Origin: Tannockella kyphosi
GTDB lineage: Bacteria > Bacillota_I > Bacilli_A > Erysipelotrichales > Coprobacillaceae
DNA length: 32,000 nucleotides
Reading direction: 5' to 3'
Assembly (NCBI RefSeq): GCF_021054785.1
Contig: NZ_CP088239.1
Location: 1,890,001-1,922,000 of the forward strand
Notes under the pieces: generated by a model
Seen by the model: the letters and a program-made list of their open reading frames with translations, nothing else
What the model was told of the DNA's origin: nothing
Database searches by the model: none
In this document: piece by piece, positions 25,956 through 32,000 of the stretch
Numbering within the stretch: position 1 is the first letter of the stretch
Layout of the letters: the number at the start of each line of letters is the position of its first letter
Made by a program: the position numbers and the translations under genes

Positions 25956-26337
25956 TATCTACCTCCAACATATTCACTAAAATAAACACATTCCCTATTA
26001 CTTCTTTTTCTTGGAGTACTTCATATTTTAATTTAATTGTTTTTTCATTATATTCAACTAATAGTAATCTTGTGTTTAATACAATTGCACCATAAGGAGT
26101 ATTATAAATATTTTCTACTATTTCATCTCTTAGTACAACAAAAGCTTTTCCAGTTGTTAAAACAACTTCCTCTTCTTTTATATGTATCTTAATATTCCCA
26201 TAATTTTCATCATTAAAAGACACTTCTATTGCTTGATCATCAAATTCTCCTTGTCCTTTATAATAAACAGTAGATGGCTCTTGTCCTTCATAATGAAAGA
26301 TAGCTTTATATTTTACTTTTACAAATTTTATCATCAT
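25927..26337 (-). CDS. DUF1934 (YwiB-like) beta-barrel protein
   Basis: 136 aa with the family-typical central ..YNTPYGAIVLNT.. segment. From memory, this family usually sits next to argS in Firmicutes. Confidence 0.7.
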   Translation of the reverse strand: MMIKFVKVKYKAIFHYEGQEPSTVYYKGQGEFDDQAIEVSFNDENYGNIKIHIKEEEVVLTTGKAFVVLRDEIVENIYNTPYGAIVLNTRLLLVEYNEKTIKLKYEVLQEKEVIGNVFILVNMLEVDNDEVNRLFA

Positions 26338-26395
26338 ATTCTCCTATTCTTGTCTATTATAGCATAATTTTGGGTAAAATAGGCACGGTGATAAG

Positions 26396-28243
26396 ATGAA
26401 AAAAACAATCAAATGGATCATTTCATTAAGTATCCTATGTATCCTAACTATTATCTGTGCTTATATACTTATTTATATACTCATTAACCCAACTATTCAA
26501 GATACTTCTTTTCTTACACTCTATGATAATACAGAATCTGTTTTCTATGATACCTCTTCTTCTAAAGATGTTTCTTTAGAAGAAGTGAGTCCTTATTTTT
26601 TAGATGCTATTGTAGCAATTGAAGATCATCGTTTTTATAGTCATTATGGTTTTGATATTATTGGGATATTTCGTGCTATTTATACAAATATTAGCGAGTT
26701 ATCTTTATCTCAAGGAGCTAGTACATTAAGCCAACAATATGCTAGATTAGTATATTTAGATAATGATAAAACATGGACTCGTAAAATAAAAGAAGCTATT
26801 TATACAATTGCTATAGAGACTCATTATGATAAAGCAGAGATATTAGAAGGTTATATAAATGAAGTATATTTTGGTCATGGGGTTTATGGTATCAAGGATG
26901 CTAGTTATTATTATTTTCAAAAAGAAGCTAGTGAATTAACTTTAGAAGAATCTGCTATGTTAGCAGGAGTGGTGAATGGGCCTAGTTATTATTCTCCACT
27001 TATTGATTATGAGGCTGCTACTAATCGTCAAACCATTGTATTAGATCGAATGTTAGAATTAGAGTATATTGACCAAGAACAATATACTTTAGCTAGTCAG
27101 AGTGAACTAGTTGTTGCTAGTGAAAATGAACTTAGTGAAGATCAGGATAGTTATTATTATAGAGATTTAGTTTTAACACAATTAGAGGAATTAGGTTATG
27201 ATAAGGATCAAGGCTATGAGATATATACTACTCTAGATCCTGATTATCAAAGTGAGCTAATTCAATCTACTTCTAGTAATACTAATTCAAAAGTAGTACA
27301 AACTGCTTCTATTGTAGTAGAGCCTTATACTAGTAAGATTCTAGCATTGATGGGAGGAAATGATTATAGTGAAAGTACGTATAATAGAGCTCTTTATGCA
27401 AATAGACAAATTGGTAGTACAATTAAACCTTTTCTATATTATGTTGCTTTAGAAAATGGTTTTGATGCAACTACTTCTTTTCTAAGTGAACCAACTACTT
27501 TTATATTAGATGATGGTAATACTTATACCCCTCAAAACTATAATAATATATATGCTTATCAAAACATTACTTTAGCACAAGCTATTGCTGTTTCTGATAA
27601 TATTTATGCTATGAAAACGCACTTGTTTTTAGGTGTTGATTATTTAACTGATTTCTTAGAATTATTTCATTATGATATTAGTGCTAGTGCCTCTTTAGCT
27701 TTAGGTACTTTAAATACAAATGTATATGATCTAGCAAACGTATATAATACGCTTGCTAGTGAAGGGGCTTATCAAGAGATTTATTGTATTGAAAAAATTA
27801 TTGATAGTAATGGGACTACTGTATATGTTCATCGAGATGAACCTGTTCAATTATTAGATCAAGATAGTTGTTTGATTTTAGCCCAACTATTAACTGGTAC
27901 TTTTGATAGTCAGTTTAATACTTATTTAAGTGCTACCCTTAGTGATTATACATTAGATGGTACTTATGCAGCAAAAACAGGTACTACTGATTATGATAGT
28001 TTAACTGTTGGATATAATCCTTCTATTTTAACTATTACTTGGGTGGGATATGATGATAATTTAGAGTTGGATGATTATAGTGATCGAGTGATTAGTAAGA
28101 GTGTTGTTATTGATATGTTAGAAAAGAATGCGAGTGAGGATGCTTCTTGGTATACGTTAAGTGATACATTGGAAGCAATAATGATTGATCCTTTAACAGG
28201 GTTACCTAGTGAGAATGGAACTATTTATTGGTTTAAAAAATAG
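26396..28243 (+). CDS. Class A penicillin-binding protein (GT51 glycosyltransferase + transpeptidase)
   Basis: N-terminal membrane anchor and GT51 motifs (EDHRFYSHYG, GASTLSQQ, RKIKE). Transpeptidase motifs STIKP (SxxK), SDN (SxN) and KTGT. Confidence 0.93.
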   Translation: MKKTIKWIISLSILCILTIICAYILIYILINPTIQDTSFLTLYDNTESVFYDTSSSKDVSLEEVSPYFLDAIVAIEDHRFYSHYGFDIIGIFRAIYTNISELSLSQGASTLSQQYARLVYLDNDKTWTRKIKEAIYTIAIETHYDKAEILEGYINEVYFGHGVYGIKDASYYYFQKEASELTLEESAMLAGVVNGPSYYSPLIDYEAATNRQTIVLDRMLELEYIDQEQYTLASQSELVVASENELSEDQDSYYYRDLVLTQLEELGYDKDQGYEIYTTLDPDYQSELIQSTSSNTNSKVVQTASIVVEPYTSKILALMGGNDYSESTYNRALYANRQIGSTIKPFLYYVALENGFDATTSFLSEPTTFILDDGNTYTPQNYNNIYAYQNITLAQAIAVSDNIYAMKTHLFLGVDYLTDFLELFHYDISASASLALGTLNTNVYDLANVYNTLASEGAYQEIYCIEKIIDSNGTTVYVHRDEPVQLLDQDSCLILAQLLTGTFDSQFNTYLSATLSDYTLDGTYAAKTGTTDYDSLTVGYNPSILTITWVGYDDNLELDDYSDRVISKSVVIDMLEKNASEDASWYTLSDTLEAIMIDPLTGLPSENGTIYWFKK

Positions 28244-28263
28244 AGCACATTGTGCTCTATTTT
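28234..28263. terminator. Bidirectional terminator between the PBP gene and the HD gene
   Basis: TAGAGCAC-att-GTGCTCTA (28241-28259) is flanked by AAAAAA upstream and TTTT downstream. It contains both convergent TAG stop codons. Confidence 0.75.
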
Positions 28264-29477
28264 GGATAAAATACTTTGTTGTCTTCTTTGTTCTTTTTAG
28301 AGTTAGTAATTGCACCTACTATTTCCGATACCTCAGGTAAAGCAATAGTGCCATTTTCTACAATAATTTCTATTTCAGAAATAGCATGTTCTGAACCATA
28401 ATAACGATATGGTTCTTGGCTTTGTTTGTCGCTAACTACATAGTATCTAGGATCATATCCTTGGTTAATGCATTGAAGACGAATGGATTCTTCTTTTTTT
28501 GCATCATCATAGGCAAATAGTTTTCGATTTAAGAAACGATTTGCTAAATCTTTTAAGATTTTATCATCACTTACTGTAAATCTTTTAAAATAATATAAGA
28601 CTACGCTTTCATCTAAATCAACATATTGACTAGAAGAAATATTCCCTTTTAAAAATGGTTCTAAATAGAAAATATCTCCAAGATCATAACCTTCTTTATA
28701 TAAGTCTTTGATTCTTCTAAAAGTACTAATTAATGTTTGTTCATAACTTCTAGCAGTAGGATGATAATAAACTTGCCAATACATATGATATCTAGCCAAG
28801 ATATAATCTTCGATTGCTTGTACTCCTGATTTCTTATAAACAATACGTCCATCTTGGACTTTCATAATCCGTAATATTCTTTGTAAATCAAATTGACCAT
28901 ATGTTGTACCCGTAAAATAAGAATCTCTTAATAAATAATCCATTCGATCTGCATCTAACTGACTACTAGTCATTTGAACTAATACTTTATTAGGATGTTC
29001 TTTTTTTATAACACTACTAACTACTTTACTAAAACCTGGATGAAAGGATTCTAATATTTGATGAACTTCACTATCTTCTTCAATAATACGAATCGTAAAG
29101 TCTTCATGAAATACATCAAAGGCATCTTCAAAACAATGAGAAAATGGGCCATGACCTAGATCATGTAATAAAGCGGCACATTGTACTGTTAGTTTATCAT
29201 AATCATTTAAGTTCTTTCCAATACAGTTATCTTTACACATTGTTTTTACTATTTTATATACTCCCAAAGAATGTGAAAAACGAGAATGTTCTGCACTTTG
29301 ATATACTTGATAAGTACCACCTAATTGTTTAATACGACGTAATCGTTGCATTTCTTTTGTATCTATTAAGTCCATTATTAATTGATTTTCAACATAAATA
29401 TAATTGTGTACAGCATCTCTAAACACTCGATTATGATCTAAATTAATGCTTTCTAATGTAAATGTTGTTGGTTCCAT
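28257..29477 (-). CDS. HD-domain phosphohydrolase, SAMHD1/YwfO-like (putative dNTP triphosphohydrolase)
   Basis: 406 aa with HSRFSHSLGV, LLHDLGHGPFSH and DADRMDYLLRD motifs. Its SD (GGAGGAA) lies in the last codons of the DUF1653 gene. Confidence 0.85.
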   Translation of the reverse strand: MEPTTFTLESINLDHNRVFRDAVHNYIYVENQLIMDLIDTKEMQRLRRIKQLGGTYQVYQSAEHSRFSHSLGVYKIVKTMCKDNCIGKNLNDYDKLTVQCAALLHDLGHGPFSHCFEDAFDVFHEDFTIRIIEEDSEVHQILESFHPGFSKVVSSVIKKEHPNKVLVQMTSSQLDADRMDYLLRDSYFTGTTYGQFDLQRILRIMKVQDGRIVYKKSGVQAIEDYILARYHMYWQVYYHPTARSYEQTLISTFRRIKDLYKEGYDLGDIFYLEPFLKGNISSSQYVDLDESVVLYYFKRFTVSDDKILKDLANRFLNRKLFAYDDAKKEESIRLQCINQGYDPRYYVVSDKQSQEPYRYYGSEHAISEIEIIVENGTIALPEVSEIVGAITNSKKNKEDNKVFYPK

Positions 29478-29479
29478 TA

Positions 29480-29713
29480 TTATTCCTCCACTAATGTAAA
29501 TCGATACATTGCTTCTACTTCTGGATACTTTTGTTTATCTACTAATGATAAAAACATTTCTTTATTACGTACAAATGTTTTATACTCTCCATATAATTGA
29601 CGATAAATCACAACAGGCTCTAGTGTTTCACTATCCAACCCTTCCTCTACTACATAATACAACATTCCTTTAAAATGACGATATAAACGATTTATATATA
29701 ATTTTCTTTCCAT
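29480..29713 (-). CDS. DUF1653 domain protein
   Basis: 77 aa with YRHFKG.LY....E..DSETLEP.V.YR.LYGE...FVR..EMF pattern characteristic of DUF1653. It lies 2 nt upstream of the HD gene. Confidence 0.75.
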   Translation of the reverse strand: MERKLYINRLYRHFKGMLYYVVEEGLDSETLEPVVIYRQLYGEYKTFVRNKEMFLSLVDKQKYPEVEAMYRFTLVEE

Positions 29714-29735
29714 TTTAACACCCTCTTTTGCCCTT

Positions 29736-29764
29736 ATTATACATCACTTTTCCTGTTTTTTCTA
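29736..29764 (-). promoter_or_regulatory. Candidate promoter of the DUF1653-HD pair
   Basis: Minus strand TAGAAA (29764-29759), 17 nt, TATAAT (29741-29736). Confidence 0.45.
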
Positions 29765-29782
29765 GGAAAGTAAGATAAGATT

Positions 29783-29791
29783 TGTTATACT
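29783..29791 (+). promoter_or_regulatory. Extended -10 element for punA
   Basis: TGtTATACT (TG 29783-29784, TATACT 29786-29791), with only a poor -35 upstream. Confidence 0.4.
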
Positions 29792-29810
29792 GTTTTTGGA
29801 GGTGCATAAT

Positions 29811-30623
29811 ATGTATTCAAAAATTAATAGAGCTGCAGCTTATATCCAATCTTTTTACCATAATAAGATTGATTTAGCTATCGTATTAGGTTCTGGTTTA
29901 GGACCTTTAGCCGATGAAATTGAAAATCCAATCATTATTGATTACAAAGATATTCCTAATTTTCCTACTTCTTCTTTAGTAGGACATGCTGGACAATTAA
30001 TTATTGGAACTCTTGCTGGTAAAACAGTACTTGCAATGAAAGGTCGTTTTCATTATTATGAAGGTCATGATATGGAAACTGTTGTATTACCAATTCGAGT
30101 ATTTAAGAAATTAGGAATTGAAAACTTAATTCTTACGAATGCTTGTGGTGGTATTCGTGAAGATTTAAATCCTGGTCAAATTATGTTGATCACAGACCAT
30201 ATTGGTTTCTACTGTCCAAGTCCATTACGTGGTCCTAACTATGATGAGTTTGGTCCTCGTTTCAAAGATATGACAGAAGTATATTCTAAAAAAATAGGTG
30301 CTATTGCCTTAGATGTTGCTAAAAACAATAATATTTCATTAGCCAAAGGTGTGTATGCATTCTTTAAAGGACCTATGTATGAAAGTCCTGCTGAAATCTT
30401 AGCTTATAAAGCATTAGGTGCTGATACAGTAGGGATGTCTACTGTTCCTGAAGCAATTGTTGCTAGACACTGTGGAATGACTACTTTAGGTATTTCTTTA
30501 ATCACAAATAAGGCTGCTGGTCTTGGAAATAGTGAATTAAGTCATAGTGAAGTAGTAGAAGCTGCCAATGCAGCAGAAAAGAATTTAGTTACTTTAGTCA
30601 CTGGTATTGTAAAAGAATGGTAA
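29811..30623 (+). CDS. punA: Purine nucleoside phosphorylase (trimeric PunA/PNP type)
   Basis: GSGLG phosphate loop, GRFHYYEG, MSTVPE and LITNKAAG motifs. The true start is the ATG at 29811, after GGAGGTG. The ORF-track start at 29796 is a TTG without an SD. Confidence 0.92.
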   Translation: MYSKINRAAAYIQSFYHNKIDLAIVLGSGLGPLADEIENPIIIDYKDIPNFPTSSLVGHAGQLIIGTLAGKTVLAMKGRFHYYEGHDMETVVLPIRVFKKLGIENLILTNACGGIREDLNPGQIMLITDHIGFYCPSPLRGPNYDEFGPRFKDMTEVYSKKIGAIALDVAKNNNISLAKGVYAFFKGPMYESPAEILAYKALGADTVGMSTVPEAIVARHCGMTTLGISLITNKAAGLGNSELSHSEVVEAANAAEKNLVTLVTGIVKEW

Positions 30624-30657
30624 AAACATGAAGAAATTCATGTTTTTTTATTTTTTG
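30623..30657 (+). terminator. Intrinsic terminator after punA
   Basis: AAAACATGAA-GAAA-TTCATGTTTT continues into a T-run (TTTATTTTTT). Confidence 0.8.
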
Positions 30658-30685
30658 GTTATACTAACCAAAAAGGAGAATGAAT

Positions 30686-31663
30686 GTGTGTACTTCTATT
30701 ACTTTAGAAAGCTTTGATAATTATCATTTTATAGGTAGAACAATGGATATTGAATATGATTTTCAACAGTCTACCTTATGTATACCTAGAGATTATTTAT
30801 GGACTAATCGTTATGATAAATCTTTTCATCATAATCGTTATGCTATTATAGCCATGGGTTGTGTGGTAGAAAACCACCCTTTACTTGCTGATGGGATGAA
30901 TGAAGTAGGACTAGCCATTACGGCCTTAAATTTCCCTACCTATTGTGTTTATGAACAACCCAATTCCAATTCCATTAGTGCTTATGATGTAGTTTTACAA
31001 CTAGTTGGTAGTTGTAAAACTACACAAGAAGCAAAACAACAATTAGAAAGTTGTGCAATAATAGATTATCCCTTTAACAAAGAACTGCCTTTACCTTCTT
31101 TGCATTGGATGATTTATGATAAAAGTGGAACTTGTTTGGTGGTAGAAATTACTAAAAATGGTAAAAAGATCTATGATAATCCAGTTGGGGTACTAAGCAA
31201 TGCTCCTACTTTTGATTATCATTTAATGTCTTTACATAGATATAGTGGTTTAAGCAACAAAAATCCAGCTAGTACACTTTGGGGTAATTATAAGATGCAA
31301 GGAGATGGCGTAGGACTCGGGATGATGGGTATTCCTGGTGATTTCTATTCGAATTCACGTTTTGTAAGAGCTAGTTGTTTGCGAGAGTTTTCTAATACAA
31401 ATAAAAATAAAGAAAAAACATTATCCAATCTCTTTCATATATTAGATAATGTAGCAATGATTTCTGGTGTTGCTTGTTGCAATAACTTTCATCACATTGC
31501 AATATACACCTGTGTTATGTCACTAGAAACAGGAACTTATTATTATAAAACATATGATAATTCATCTTGGAATGCTACTTCTTTTGATAGGATGAATCTT
31601 AATAAAAAGAATATTACTGTTTTCCCTTATTTCAATACTCCTACTATTCATTATTATAAATAG
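30686..31663 (+). CDS. Choloylglycine hydrolase family Ntn-hydrolase (bile salt hydrolase / penicillin V acylase type)
   Basis: With the GTG start at 30686 the protein begins MCTSITL. The family catalytic set then falls at canonical positions: Cys2, Arg18 and Asp21. Asn in GMNEVGL, Asn in SNAPTFDYH and Arg in SRFVRA follow. AAGGAG ends 7 nt before this GTG but only 1 nt before the ORF-track ATG at 30680. Confidence 0.88.
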   Translation: MCTSITLESFDNYHFIGRTMDIEYDFQQSTLCIPRDYLWTNRYDKSFHHNRYAIIAMGCVVENHPLLADGMNEVGLAITALNFPTYCVYEQPNSNSISAYDVVLQLVGSCKTTQEAKQQLESCAIIDYPFNKELPLPSLHWMIYDKSGTCLVVEITKNGKKIYDNPVGVLSNAPTFDYHLMSLHRYSGLSNKNPASTLWGNYKMQGDGVGLGMMGIPGDFYSNSRFVRASCLREFSNTNKNKEKTLSNLFHILDNVAMISGVACCNNFHHIAIYTCVMSLETGTYYYKTYDNSSWNATSFDRMNLNKKNITVFPYFNTPTIHYYK

Positions 31664-31745
31664 ACTTTTCATCTAATGAAAAAATAGGCTTGTTTTTGTT
31701 TTTTGATATATACTTTTATTTGTAAATAACAAGGAGGAACAGATA

Positions 31746-32000
31746 ATGGCAGAAGGTGTTAAGATTGTTACAATTGGTGGAGGAAGTAGTTATACTCCAG
31801 AATTGATGGAAGGATTTATTAATCGTTTTGATGAATTACCTATTCGTGAAATGTGGTTAGTAGATATTGAAGCAGGAAAAGAAAAGATGGAAATCGTAGG
31901 TGAAATGGCTCAACGTATGTGGGATGCATCTCCTTATGATGTAAAAGTACATTTAACATTAGATAGAAGAGAAGCATTAAAAGATGCTGATTTTGTTACT
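31746..32000 (+). CDS. GH4-family 6-phospho-beta-glucosidase (CelF/LicH-like), N-terminal 85 codons only
   Basis: Absent from the ORF track because it is open at the window end. ATG at 31746 follows AAGGAGGAA. My translation is MAEGVKIVTIGGGSSYTPELMEGFINRFDELPIREMWLVDIE..., the typical GH4 NAD-binding N-terminus. Confidence 0.8.
   Translation, partial: MAEGVKIVTIGGGSSYTPELMEGFINRFDELPIREMWLVDIEAGKEKMEIVGEMAQRMWDASPYDVKVHLTLDRREALKDADFVT

Noticed and set aside
24572-26367. Antisense ORFs 24572-24856, 25901-26095 and 26182-26367, opposite cls and DUF1934. ORF 29144-29332, opposite the HD gene, belongs to the same class.
   Set aside because: Same reasoning as above. They are embedded antisense in supported CDSs, with low-complexity sequences and no translation signals.
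31664-31745. Possible cre (CcpA) site or RAT antiterminator upstream of the GH4 6-phospho-beta-glucosidase.
   Set aside because: TGTAAATAACAA lacks the central CG of the cre consensus, and no RAT-like sequence or terminator is present. Only a weak AT hairpin (TTTTCAT-cta-ATGAAAA) follows the hydrolase gene.
1-32000. Mollicutes-type genetic code (TGA = Trp) as the explanation for the missing TGA stops.
   Set aside because: All proteins are full length under the standard code, so there is no in-frame TGA. Trp residues are encoded by TGG, and the Trp T-box specifier is UGG. The data fit avoidance or non-use of TGA, not reassignment to Trp.
1-32000. Scan for CRISPR arrays, IS elements, integrases, tRNA/rRNA genes, toxin-antitoxin pairs and known defence-system signatures.
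   Set aside because: I saw no repeat-spacer periodicity, no terminal inverted repeats with a transposase, and no structured RNA genes. Every ORF longer than 75 aa outside known genes is accounted for by a recognisable family.

Overview
Low-GC Firmicutes chromosome. The delta subunit rpoE, hprK and T-box control point to Bacilli or Erysipelotrichia, and a choloylglycine hydrolase suggests a gut organism. This taxonomy is inference only. The window is almost wholly coding: 27 complete and 2 edge-truncated CDSs, 21 of 29 on the minus strand. I found no rRNA, tRNA, CRISPR array, transposase, integrase or phage genes.

Gene content, left to right:
- A three-gene ABC uptake operon behind a hand-foldable Trp (UGG) T-box leader.
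- An EamA transporter.
- One very compact eight-gene minus-strand unit: S41 peptidase, uvrB, CCA-type nucleotidyltransferase, uvrA, hprK, lgt, ppaX, trxB.
- patB/malY-type C-S lyase.
- A small accessory-looking cassette: a TetR regulator divergent from an AiiA-like metallo-beta-lactamase-fold hydrolase plus a 3alpha/20beta-HSD-like SDR.
- A degenerate-GGDEF / intact-EAL protein.
- gap and clpP.
- DUF1934-cls-argS-rpoE.
- A class A PBP.
- DUF1653 plus a SAMHD1-like HD hydrolase.
- punA, an Ntn-type choloylglycine hydrolase, and the start of a GH4 6-phospho-beta-glucosidase.

I do not see a convincing new multi-gene system such as a defence island, mobile element or biosynthetic cluster. Most of the window is housekeeping. 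The observations I would follow up are:
1. All 27 complete CDSs end in TAA (15) or TAG (12), none in TGA, and no TGA occurs in frame.
2. The TetR / lactonase-like / SDR cassette, which has a perfect 9-4-9 palindromic operator.
3. The EAL protein with an unassigned N-terminal domain.
4. The nucleotidyltransferase wedged between uvrB and uvrA.

Several ORF-track starts are over-extended, and I corrected them from Shine-Dalgarno spacing.
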